DNA of 64,000 nucleotides from Bacteriovoracaceae bacterium (GTDB taxonomy: Bacteria; Bdellovibrionota; Bacteriovoracia; Bacteriovoracales; Bacteriovoracaceae). Where the stretch lies: assembly GCA_048270185.1 (NCBI GenBank), contig JBLWTJ010000003.1, forward strand, positions 192,001 to 256,000, written 5' to 3'. The notes under the pieces were generated by a model that saw nothing but the letters and a program-made list of their open reading frames with translations, searched no databases and was not told the DNA's origin. Of this stretch, positions 20,389 to 28,955 are shown one piece after another. Numbering within the stretch: the first letter of the stretch is position 1; each line of letters begins with the position of its first letter. The position numbers were made by a program, and so were the translations under genes.

Positions 20389-20412
20389 AGGCCTTCTTTA
20401 TGAAGGCCTTTC
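20389..20412 (+). terminator. intrinsic terminator after the small basic gene
   Basis: aggccttc-tttat-gaaggcct followed by ttcttgttt. Confidence 0.75.
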
Positions 20413-20436
20413 TTGTTTGGGCCCAACCAAGCTTAC

Positions 20437-20733
20437 TTAGCGTGCAAAGGTGTTACTAAGAACCTTTTGATTTTGTCTTACTAGGATAGGTTCAAAGTTC
20501 TTTCCCTTAAAGCATAGGTGAAGAAGGGCATCTTTATAAATGTCTTCACATGGATTCTTCTTTTTGATGAAAGCAAAGTCTGATGGTTTCACACTGTATT
20601 CTTTCATCATTTCTGTGATCATCTTGTACATGATATTTTCTTGATTATCGTATGTGTAGACTATGATCTGTCTTGCATGAATATTTGCTGAAAGAAGCAT
20701 CATAAGCAGACTAAATTTCAATTTCATAAGCAC
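20437..20733 (-). CDS. small exported protein in the Tad locus
   Basis: GGAGG RBS, signal peptide ending IHA, two Cys; true start probably MKLKF. Confidence 0.7.
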   Translation of the reverse strand: MLMKLKFSLLMMLLSANIHARQIIVYTYDNQENIMYKMITEMMKEYSVKPSDFAFIKKKNPCEDIYKDALLHLCFKGKNFEPILVRQNQKVLSNTFAR

Positions 20734-21208
20734 CTCCTAAAGGTTTTGGGTGGTTAGTAACTGGATATGAAGCTAACTCAAGGGCCTTAAATGGCTCAAT
20801 CTTATTCAACTCTGAAATAGGAATTTTTACTAAGTAGATAGGAGTATCATCATTACTAAGCTCTTTTATAATTTTTGCCTTATTTGTAATATGCTGGCTC
20901 CCTGAATATAGAGCGATAAATTGGTCTTTACCTACTGTATTGGTCATTTCGTTTATTTTAAGCTTTAGAATTGTTTCATCTTTATTAATGACAATCTCTC
21001 TTTCCTGAATGATTGGTTCTGATGGCATGGATAGAATAAAAGTAAAGATATTAGTCAGTAGAAGTGCCATCCAAAACTTCATATAGAGTGAGCGCTTTAA
21101 TTTCTCTTCTTTCTCCTTATTAAATAGAAGTGCTTGTGGAGTGTCCTTATTTGATTGAATTCCAATTGTTGATGAATTGTTTGATTTGTTGTTGTTTAGA
21201 ATTTTCAA
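20711..21208 (-). CDS. hypothetical single-TM protein in the Tad locus
   Basis: GGAGG RBS before TTG; one TM helix. Confidence 0.65.
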   Translation of the reverse strand: MKILNNNKSNNSSTIGIQSNKDTPQALLFNKEKEEKLKRSLYMKFWMALLLTNIFTFILSMPSEPIIQEREIVINKDETILKLKINEMTNTVGKDQFIALYSGSQHITNKAKIIKELSNDDTPIYLVKIPISELNKIEPFKALELASYPVTNHPKPLGGAYEIEI

Positions 21209-21479
21209 TCTTAACCTCCAAGTTGAGTACGAGTAAAAGTGAGCTTACAAAAACTGAAGTCCATAAAACTCCTTCAATTGTTGAATACCCATGGGACCCA
21301 AGTGCTGTGAACTTAGGGAGAAATCGTTGGAGAAAAGATTCTCCTTTAGTTTGAAATTTAGCTTGATGGCAAAAGAATGAATCTCGTCTAAGTTGCTTCC
21401 TTGATAATGAAAAGGCATATAGGCATTCCACTTCTTTTCCAACTTTGCTGTCTGATCGAAATTTCTTTTTATTTTCCAT
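21147..21479 (-). CDS. possible TadE-like pseudopilin (start uncertain)
   Basis: G|YSTIE followed by a hydrophobic helix at about 21290. The N-terminal part overlaps the neighbouring gene. Confidence 0.3.
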   Translation of the reverse strand: MENKKKFRSDSKVGKEVECLYAFSLSRKQLRRDSFFCHQAKFQTKGESFLQRFLPKFTALGSHGYSTIEGVLWTSVFVSSLLLVLNLEVKIENSKQQQIKQFINNWNSIK

Positions 21480-21898
21480 ATTCTCTTTCCTAGGGGATCG
21501 ATAACTCCCAAGTGAATAAGATTTTCTTTCTTACATTCTTTGATATTTAAAAGCTGAAATCGAAATAGGCCTCGATATGATGCTTGCCCCATTTTTGCCA
21601 TTCTTAAAGCTAGTTTTATTCCGGCCAATTGTTGGGGTGTGATCGACGTAAATTGTAAGTAATACAGCGTTCTAATCGATGCATTTGATATGGAAATCAT
21701 CTTATAAAAAGTGTCATACTTAGAGACGACTTTCTTGGCACAGATATATGAGCGATTATAATACTGAATGAGCTTAAGCTCCTCTAAAGACCTGGCCATA
21801 TTAGAAAAGATAATCGCAATAAATGCCATAAAAAAGAGTATGGCCACAAGACTGACACTACCTTTCTCATTTAGTTGCATTTTTGGGCCTGAGTCCAT
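21245..21898 (-). CDS. TadG/TadE-like pseudopilin
   Basis: NEKG|SVSLVAILFFMAF prepilin-like N-terminus; locus context. Confidence 0.6.
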   Translation of the reverse strand: MDSGPKMQLNEKGSVSLVAILFFMAFIAIIFSNMARSLEELKLIQYYNRSYICAKKVVSKYDTFYKMISISNASIRTLYYLQFTSITPQQLAGIKLALRMAKMGQASYRGLFRFQLLNIKECKKENLIHLGVIDPLGKRIWKIKRNFDQTAKLEKKWNAYMPFHYQGSNLDEIHSFAIKLNFKLKENLFSNDFSLSSQHLGPMGIQQLKEFYGLQFL

Positions 21899-22187
21899 TT
21901 GAGATTCCTAAGATTACTTTTTGCTTTTTGTACTTTAAGTATTTTTCTTCTTTATTCTTGATAAATTTCACAGTGTAGTTTGAGTTGATATATCTATTTA
22001 GATTAAGAATACTGACACACGAAAAAGTCTTCTTAGCTTTCTTGTCATCGTGAGATTTTATTAAAGTGTAGACATAACTACGAAAAACCATGGTGTTTTT
22101 ACAACGATAAGCTTCACTTGCCATACAAGCGTATAGGAAAACAATGAAAACGAGAGTAATAGCAAGTGAGGCCTCTAAGATCTTCAA
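21867..22187 (-). CDS. hypothetical membrane-anchored protein, possibly a minor pilin
   Basis: Hydrophobic N-terminal helix with Glu at position 5; directly follows flp. Confidence 0.5.
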   Translation of the reverse strand: MKILEASLAITLVFIVFLYACMASEAYRCKNTMVFRSYVYTLIKSHDDKKAKKTFSCVSILNLNRYINSNYTVKFIKNKEEKYLKYKKQKVILGISNGLRPKNATK

Positions 22188-22195
22188 GGAGAGCT

Positions 22196-22366
22196 CTAGT
22201 TGATTTTGATACTTTCAGTGATCTTATCTGATGCACTCTCTAGTCTTTTTTGAACTCGGCTTCCGAGGGTTTTAACGGCCGTAATACAGATGATTCCAAC
22301 AAGGCTTGTAATGATCATGTATTCCATAACACCTTGTCCTTTCTGATTTTTTAAAATTTTCTTCAT
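22196..22366 (-). CDS. flp: Flp family type IVb pilin, 56 aa
   Basis: AAGGAG RBS; MKKILKNQKG|QGVMEYMII carries the Flp G|xxxxEY motif. Confidence 0.92.
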   Translation of the reverse strand: MKKILKNQKGQGVMEYMIITSLVGIICITAVKTLGSRVQKRLESASDKITESIKIN

Positions 22367-22530
22367 TGGATCTCCTTTTTTAATGCCAAATGCTTTATAG
22401 GGGAGATATGCAAAGAAATCATGTGGCCGGATAAATAAGTCGGTTATTATTCCACTTTTGAAATAAAGGATTATTTTTCCTAGTATTTTCAGCAAGTTGC
22501 TAATAATTCATGAGAGATTAAAATATCCTT

Positions 22531-23253
22531 ATGAACGATAAAAGTAACTTCTATGTATTTGAGAAAAAAGAAATTGTATTGGTTGTCTTCTTTGTAATTT
22601 TAGTGGCCATTACTTCTTTTATTTTTGGTTTAAAGATTGGATCAAACTATGGTTTTGAAAAAGCAGGCAATAGTGAAGCTGAAGAAAAAGCAATTGTTGC
22701 TCCTGTTTCAAAGCAAGATCGAATTGATCTAACTTCTCCTGAAGAAGAGAAAGTAAAAGAATTAGTCGAGTCTCAAAAATCTGAAGCAAATAAAGTTTCC
22801 AAAGAAGAACTTAATAAGAAAATTGAAGAATCTCTTAAGCAGAAAATGGTTAATGAGTTCACAAATGAAAATAAAGAATTCAATGATATCTCAAGTGATC
22901 GTCCTCAAATAGAAGAGTCTCCAAGAGAAGTTGTTGAGGAGAAATCAGAAAAAGTCGCTGAGTCTGTTCCTGTGGTTCAAGAGGCCATCGGCGATAAAAC
23001 TGATGAGTACACAGGTAAGTATACAATTGTCGTTGGTTCATTTGAGTCAATTGATGATTCAAAAGAGTTTGCTGAAGGTTTTAGAGTTCTTGGTTTTAGC
23101 CCAATTATTAATGAAAAAGATATTCCGGGCAAGGGAAATCGCTTCAGAGTTAGCTTAGGCTCTTTTGAAAGAATTATTGAAGCGAAGCAATATGTTAAGA
23201 AGAATCGCTCTCTTTTTGCAGGGCGTGATTACTTCATTACCAAATTTGAATAA
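22531..23253 (+). CDS. SPOR domain protein
   Basis: N-terminal TM, low-complexity linker, C-terminal YTIVVGSF...FRVSLGSF. Confidence 0.88.
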   Translation: MNDKSNFYVFEKKEIVLVVFFVILVAITSFIFGLKIGSNYGFEKAGNSEAEEKAIVAPVSKQDRIDLTSPEEEKVKELVESQKSEANKVSKEELNKKIEESLKQKMVNEFTNENKEFNDISSDRPQIEESPREVVEEKSEKVAESVPVVQEAIGDKTDEYTGKYTIVVGSFESIDDSKEFAEGFRVLGFSPIINEKDIPGKGNRFRVSLGSFERIIEAKQYVKKNRSLFAGRDYFITKFE

Positions 23254-23311
23254 TTCATCATTTTAAAATTTTTGTGATACCATGCCCTTATTAAAAATAA
23301 GGGCTTTTTTT

Positions 23312-24376
23312 ATGAATATTTATACACTTATCATGGCCGGAGGAAAGGGAACTCGTCTTTGGCCTGAGTCAACTGAATCAAAACCGAAACAATATCTTTC
23401 ACTAGTTGGAAAAGAGACGCTTTTAGGACAAACTCTTGAGCGATTCACTGATGCAGTAGATGTTGATAAGAGATTTATCATCACAACACGTGATCAAAGT
23501 GATTTGGCCATTAGTTGTTCAAAAGATCTCGTTAACGAAGAACATATTATTTACGAGCCAGCTGGACGAAATACTGCCCCTTGTATTCTCCTATCTCTTG
23601 CTGCTATTGAAGCTGCAGGGGCCAAAGATGAAGATATCGTGGCCGTCATGCCTTCAGATCATGTGATTCTAAATAAGAATGGCTTTACTTCAAGCTTTAA
23701 TAAGGCCGTAAAGCTCTCGAGCGAGACTCAAACTATAACTACTATTGGAATTCCTCCTCACTTTCCTCACACTGGATATGGCTATATCAGAACGAGTGAT
23801 ATGGTGGGTGATGGACTTAATGTTGATGAATTCGTTGAAAAGCCAAATTTTGAAAAGGCCAAAGAATATCTTGCGACTGGAAAGTACCTTTGGAATGCCG
23901 GAATGTTTATGGCCCCTCTTGGTGTCTTTAAATCTGAATTTGAGGCCCACTCACCAGAAATGTTTAAATTCTATAGTGAGTTAAAAGAAAGTTTAGGTAG
24001 TGAAGAAAAACTTGAAGAAGTTTATAACAAGATTCCAAAGGACTCGATTGACTATGCCATTATGGAGAAGTCCAATAAAATTACTCTAATCAAAGCAGAG
24101 TTTGATTGGAATGATTTAGGCTCGTGGGAAGCACTTGAACAAGTAGTTGACCGCGTGGAAGGAAACACTATAATTGATAGTAATGGAACTTTCCTTAAGG
24201 ATGCGACTGGAAATATTATTTATGCTCCAAATAAGCATGTTTCATTAATTAATGTAAAAGACTTAGTTGTTGTTTCTAATGAGAAGGCCGTGATGATCGT
24301 GCCTAAAGATGATTCACAACGAGTAAAAGAAATTGTTCAACATTTAAAAGAAAATAACAGAAGAGAATTACTTTAG
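23312..24376 (+). CDS. manC: mannose-1-phosphate guanylyltransferase
   Basis: IMAGGKGTRLWP.S....PKQ, EPAGRNTAP, PSDH, FVEKP, WNAGMF, SIDYAIMEK, WNDLGSW. Confidence 0.93.
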   Translation: MNIYTLIMAGGKGTRLWPESTESKPKQYLSLVGKETLLGQTLERFTDAVDVDKRFIITTRDQSDLAISCSKDLVNEEHIIYEPAGRNTAPCILLSLAAIEAAGAKDEDIVAVMPSDHVILNKNGFTSSFNKAVKLSSETQTITTIGIPPHFPHTGYGYIRTSDMVGDGLNVDEFVEKPNFEKAKEYLATGKYLWNAGMFMAPLGVFKSEFEAHSPEMFKFYSELKESLGSEEKLEEVYNKIPKDSIDYAIMEKSNKITLIKAEFDWNDLGSWEALEQVVDRVEGNTIIDSNGTFLKDATGNIIYAPNKHVSLINVKDLVVVSNEKAVMIVPKDDSQRVKEIVQHLKENNRRELL

Positions 24377-24384
24377 GAGAAGTC

Positions 24385-24594
24385 ATGGAAGTTGTTAAAA
24401 AATCTGGTGAATACACTATCGTTAAAAAGAGATCTGGGCGTTTTGCAGTTAAAGATGCCAACGGGAAATTCGTTAACAAAGAAGAAAAAGTAAAAATCCT
24501 AACTGAAGCTGGTCTAATTACTGCTCCAGTTGCAAAAGTTGAAGAAGCTCCTGCTGAAGAATCAGCATCTGAAGAAACTTCTGCTGAAGCATAA
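24385..24594 (+). CDS. small hypothetical protein (basic N-terminus, acidic Ala/Glu tail)
   Basis: AGGAG RBS, terminator downstream. Confidence 0.8.
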   Translation: MEVVKKSGEYTIVKKRSGRFAVKDANGKFVNKEEKVKILTEAGLITAPVAKVEEAPAEESASEETSAEA

Positions 24595-24617
24595 TTCTAA
24601 ATTACATTAGAAATAAG

Positions 24618-24646
24618 AAAGGCTCCTGATGGAGCCTTTTTATTTT
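24618..24646. terminator. bidirectional terminator
   Basis: aaaggctcc-tgat-ggagccttt between convergent genes. Confidence 0.8.
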
Positions 24647-25342
24647 CTATAAGTAATTTGGTCTTTGGTCATACTCAATTGGATCTTCGATACCAGCTTT
24701 TTGAAAGCCTCTAAGTCTTAGGGCGCATGAATCACATACTCCGCAAGCCTTATCTCCACGAGCATAGCATGAATAAGAAAATTGTAGAGGAGCGTTTAAG
24801 TCAACGGCCTTTTGAACAATCTCATTCTTTGCAAGATCAATAACAGGCGTGATGATTTCAATATCACCGTCTTTTGTACCTTGCTTGATTAGCTCATTGT
24901 AAGCTTTGTAGTAACTTGGGCGACAGTCTGGATATCCAGATGAGTCTTCATTTACTGCTCCAATATAGATATTCTTAGCACCAACGACTTCTGACCAAGA
25001 AACGGCCATTGCGATGATGTGGGTGTTTCTAAAAGGTACATAACTATCAGGGATTTCTTCTGAGTCACCTTTATATTGTTTTACATCAATTCCGTCGTCA
25101 GTGAGTGAACTACCACCAATCTGCTTAAGAAATGAAACATCGATTACTTTACGAAGTGACTTATCGACCCCGTAGTGATCAGCAATTTTTTGGAAACAAT
25201 CTAATTCACGTTCTTCAGTTTTTTGTCCATAGTTTAGGTGAAGGAACGCAAGGTTCTCATGCTTCTCATTTGCAATTGCTGCACAAACTAACGAATCCAT
25301 ACCACCACTAACTAAAACAACTGCAAGTTTATCACTTTTCAA
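24647..25342 (-). CDS. queC: 7-cyano-7-deazaguanine synthase
   Basis: SGGMDS, YGQ, YVPFRN, GYPDCR, SYSCY, CGVCDSC. Confidence 0.96.
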   Translation of the reverse strand: MKSDKLAVVLVSGGMDSLVCAAIANEKHENLAFLHLNYGQKTEERELDCFQKIADHYGVDKSLRKVIDVSFLKQIGGSSLTDDGIDVKQYKGDSEEIPDSYVPFRNTHIIAMAVSWSEVVGAKNIYIGAVNEDSSGYPDCRPSYYKAYNELIKQGTKDGDIEIITPVIDLAKNEIVQKAVDLNAPLQFSYSCYARGDKACGVCDSCALRLRGFQKAGIEDPIEYDQRPNYL

Positions 25343-25361
25343 AATTTTTACTCCTTATAAC

Positions 25362-27128
25362 CTATAGTCCTTCAGCAGTTTCATTAATGAATGCTAAAAA
25401 CTCATCAGTTACCTTTGAAGCCTTTGCTTTCTTTTGAGCTAAGCTTCCTTCTTTTTCCTGAATCATAATGTAGAACTTAATTTTTGGCTCAGTTCCTGAA
25501 GGGCGAAGGTATAATCGGTTGCCATTTTTAAAGTGATAACCAATAACATTACTCACTGGATAATCCAGTTTCGACTCTTCATTAGACTCTAGGTTTTTTA
25601 CAAGACCTGTTTGATAATCTTCTATAACGTGAATATCCTGTCCGCACAAGCTTGTCGGAGCTAAGTCTCTAAAATGACTCATTATTCGTGTAATTTTTTC
25701 GGCCCCTTCCTTACCTTGGTAAACAAGATTTAGGAGGCTTTCTTGACTGAAGCCAAATTCTTCGTAAATTTTATCGAGGGCCTGGATAAGGTTAAGACCT
25801 TGCTTCTTGAAGTATAGAGTTACTTCTGACATGAAAGTGATTGAAGCAACACCATCTTTATCGCGTACGAAATTATGTGGAAGGTATCCAAAAGACTCCT
25901 CTGTTCCAAAAAGGAAATTTGCCGAAGGATCTTCTTTTTCGATTTTATTCATAAGGCCACAGATCCATTTAAAACCTGTTAGAGTTGAATAGGATTTAAC
26001 GCCATACTTGTCTGCAATGAGCTCCTGTAGAGGAGTTGTTACAATAGTTTTCACAAAGTAAGGGTTGGCCGGCATTGTTCCGTTCTCATTCAGGTTGTGA
26101 AGCATATAGTAGAGCATAAGGATTCCGATTTGGTTTCCGTTGATATACTGAACTTCACCTTCGTGTTCAAAAGCAACTCCAAGACGATCTGTATCAGGGT
26201 CTGAACCATAAGCGATATCTGCTCCAGTTTCTTTCATTAGGTCAACGGCCATCTTCATTGCCGAAGCATTCTCTGGGTTTGGAGAACTAACAGTAGGGAA
26301 GGCAGAGTCTGGTTGTGCTTGTTCTTTAACGACTTCAACATTTGTGAATCCAAGTTGTGCAAGTGCAGTTGTACAAGGAATTAGTCCTGTACCGTGAATT
26401 GGCGTGTAGACGATTTTAAGATCTTTGCCATCTTGCTTACACATTTCAGGATTAACTGTTTTAGATAGGATATCATTGTAGAAGCTCTGTTCAACATCTT
26501 CTCCAACCCACTGAATAAATCCTTCAGCTTCTGCTTGTGTAAATTCCATGAACTTAACTGCATCATACGAAGTAATATCATAGTAGCGATTGATGATATT
26601 CTTATCATTTGGTGGAGTAACTTGTGCTCCATCATTCCAGTAGACTTTGTAACCGTTGTACTCAGGAGGGTTATGAGAAGCTGTTACCATAACACCAGCT
26701 TGTGCCTTGTGATATCTTACCGAGTAAGAAAGCATTGGGACTGGATTTAGTCGCTTGTAGATATAAGACTTAATTCCATTGGCCGCCATAACGCTACAAA
26801 CTTCTTTAGCGAACTCAAATGAGAATTTACGAGAATCGTAACTGACTGCAATTGATGGGGCCGTGATTCCTGTTTTTTCACTGTGGTCAAGTACTTCACC
26901 AGCAAGTGCTTGAGTGGCCCTTCTTACTGTATATTTATTAATGCGGTTATTTCCGGCCCCTAGGATTGAACGTAGCCCACCTGTTCCGAATTCAATATCT
27001 TTATAAAACCTTTCTTCAATTTCTTTCATATCATCATTATCGATAAGGTTTTGAACTTCTTTGCGTGACTCTTCATCAAAGTAAGAGTTGTTGGCCCATG
27101 CTGTTGCTTTTTCTAGGCTCGTCGTCAT
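25362..27128 (-). CDS. pgm: phosphoglucomutase/phosphomannomutase
   Basis: FGTGGLR, TASHNP, DPDTDR, EESFG, RPSGTEPKIK; GGAG RBS before ATG 27128. Confidence 0.93.
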   Translation of the reverse strand: MTTSLEKATAWANNSYFDEESRKEVQNLIDNDDMKEIEERFYKDIEFGTGGLRSILGAGNNRINKYTVRRATQALAGEVLDHSEKTGITAPSIAVSYDSRKFSFEFAKEVCSVMAANGIKSYIYKRLNPVPMLSYSVRYHKAQAGVMVTASHNPPEYNGYKVYWNDGAQVTPPNDKNIINRYYDITSYDAVKFMEFTQAEAEGFIQWVGEDVEQSFYNDILSKTVNPEMCKQDGKDLKIVYTPIHGTGLIPCTTALAQLGFTNVEVVKEQAQPDSAFPTVSSPNPENASAMKMAVDLMKETGADIAYGSDPDTDRLGVAFEHEGEVQYINGNQIGILMLYYMLHNLNENGTMPANPYFVKTIVTTPLQELIADKYGVKSYSTLTGFKWICGLMNKIEKEDPSANFLFGTEESFGYLPHNFVRDKDGVASITFMSEVTLYFKKQGLNLIQALDKIYEEFGFSQESLLNLVYQGKEGAEKITRIMSHFRDLAPTSLCGQDIHVIEDYQTGLVKNLESNEESKLDYPVSNVIGYHFKNGNRLYLRPSGTEPKIKFYIMIQEKEGSLAQKKAKASKVTDEFLAFINETAEGL

Positions 27129-27249
27129 TTTTATAACTCCCATAAATAATTAATTGTATAGTTGTGCTATATTCGCAAATCTAGTAGACTTAGGCAAAAG
27201 AATATCAATTAAAAATTGTGTTATGTGTTAATAATATCAAGGAGTTAAC

Positions 27250-27498
27250 ATGGCCAATAAAGACATGAAGCATAAGGATAATGTTGCTGGTAAGTGGTAT
27301 TGTACTGATCCAGATGACGATAACGGAGAAGGATGCATTGCATGTAACGTTTGTTACACAGGTGCTCCAGAATTTTTTGGGGAAGATGAAGATGGAAATG
27401 CTTATATTATGAAGCAGCCTTCAACTCCTGAAGAAGAAGAATTATGCCAAGAGCAAATGGATGCTTGTCCAGTTGCTTCAATCGGAAACGATGGCTAA
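27250..27498 (+). CDS. ferredoxin (single cluster)
   Basis: CIACNVC...APEFF...ACPVASIG. Confidence 0.9.
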   Translation: MANKDMKHKDNVAGKWYCTDPDDDNGEGCIACNVCYTGAPEFFGEDEDGNAYIMKQPSTPEEEELCQEQMDACPVASIGNDG

Positions 27499-28818
27499 TT
27501 AGAATCTCTTCGAAAATCTAAGGAAAGCGGCGGTTTCATCTGACTTGGACCCCGCTTGATCTTTTGTATACCTAAATCCCATTGTGACGGTTGCATCGTC
27601 GAAAACTTCAAGTGATTTATCGCTAGTAAAATCAATCTGTCCATTGTCGTGAAAAACAGTACCTGTTTTAATAATGGAGCTACCGTGATACCTAAAATCA
27701 TTCTTCATTGTAAGTGTTTGGTTTGAATCATATTCAAAATCTGTTTCTAATTCAAAATTACTATATTCTGGTGTTAGTAGAGTAACCCCGGCGTAATATG
27801 AACCATTGGCCTTAACTTGCGCACGAGCAATCTCACGCCCATTATACTCGACATTCATTTTTACTCGTTGGTCACGATCTGAGATTTTAACATCAGTATT
27901 AAATTTCGTACTCTCTGTCATTTGACTTGAAGTGGACATATCAATAAGTGTTACTGATTTTGGAATATAGTATTTTTCCTCAAGAGATAGACCTTTTTTA
28001 ATCTTCACACTTCCGAAGGCCGTCTCATATTCTTGATTACTGATAACTGAGTATTCACCAGATTTTGATTCGGTTTTTGTTTTTGTCTTTGGAAGTTTTG
28101 CTTCACTAGTAAGGGACGGGATTTTGTGAGCATAGACATTGATCTTAGGATCGATGAATGAATCATCAGCTCGGTAAACTTGAAAGTAAGGTTTTTCGCC
28201 TTGGATGCTTACGACTTTGATAAAGATATCATCGTCAGCTTCTGATTTGGCCCGAAGCCAAGTAATCTTTTGCTTCTGATTGCTTGAGACGATGGAAAGA
28301 GAGTTTAGATCTCCAAGATCAATTTTTGAAGTTAAAAGTAATTCAAATTTATCGAAATCTCTTGGTTCATAAAAATGCTTAGTATCTCTAAAGTTAGAGC
28401 CAATACATCTTTCCTCACCATTTTCACCGATAATACTTGTGTAGTCAGCAATGGCCTCTAGCTTTAATGCTTCCTGTGCAAGTTGAACACTGTCTTTTGG
28501 AGAGTCCTTATTTAATTTACTGATAATCTTACTCACGTCACGAGAAAGGTTGGCAATATCGCGACACTCAACACAGAAATCACCTTCTCCAGCATTTATT
28601 CTTGCTGGTGGCGGGATATCGTCGGTGAGTGGAATTGGAGTAATATACTTTGGCGACTTATTTTTTGATATTCGTATTACGTCTTTAATAAGTGCCTTGG
28701 TTGTTACCGGCTTTCCATTGACTTCAATAGTCTGATCAAGAGCAGATAAATCAACAGGAAAACACTCAAGGTGCAAAATGCAAATCAATAAAATGATTTT
28801 AAATCTTCTAAATATCAC
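27499..28818 (-). CDS. hypothetical exported protein, probable C-terminal beta-barrel
   Basis: Signal-like N-terminus, CVEC motif, C-terminal AAFLRFSKRF beta-signal. Confidence 0.6.
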   Translation of the reverse strand: MIFRRFKIILLICILHLECFPVDLSALDQTIEVNGKPVTTKALIKDVIRISKNKSPKYITPIPLTDDIPPPARINAGEGDFCVECRDIANLSRDVSKIISKLNKDSPKDSVQLAQEALKLEAIADYTSIIGENGEERCIGSNFRDTKHFYEPRDFDKFELLLTSKIDLGDLNSLSIVSSNQKQKITWLRAKSEADDDIFIKVVSIQGEKPYFQVYRADDSFIDPKINVYAHKIPSLTSEAKLPKTKTKTESKSGEYSVISNQEYETAFGSVKIKKGLSLEEKYYIPKSVTLIDMSTSSQMTESTKFNTDVKISDRDQRVKMNVEYNGREIARAQVKANGSYYAGVTLLTPEYSNFELETDFEYDSNQTLTMKNDFRYHGSSIIKTGTVFHDNGQIDFTSDKSLEVFDDATVTMGFRYTKDQAGSKSDETAAFLRFSKRF

Positions 28819-28955
28819 ATCTTTCTTGTCGGTTAATTTGCTTTAATAAATTAAATATTTGACTAAAAAAATTCAATATTGTGCAAAATTGAGTACTTGC
28901 AACGGGGAGATTAGAGGAATAAAATAGGGGAGATCACATTTACAAAGGAAGTAAC

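Noticed and set aside
22405..22432. sigma54 promoter upstream of flp
   Set aside because: GG and TTGC are present on the minus strand, but the spacing is 15 nt rather than 10.
22367..22495. N-terminal extension of the Flp ORF
   Set aside because: An AAGGAG RBS precedes the internal ATG at 22366, which gives a normal 56-aa pilin.
25343..25361. preQ1 riboswitch upstream of queC
   Set aside because: The gap after pgm is only 19 nt and contains just an RBS.
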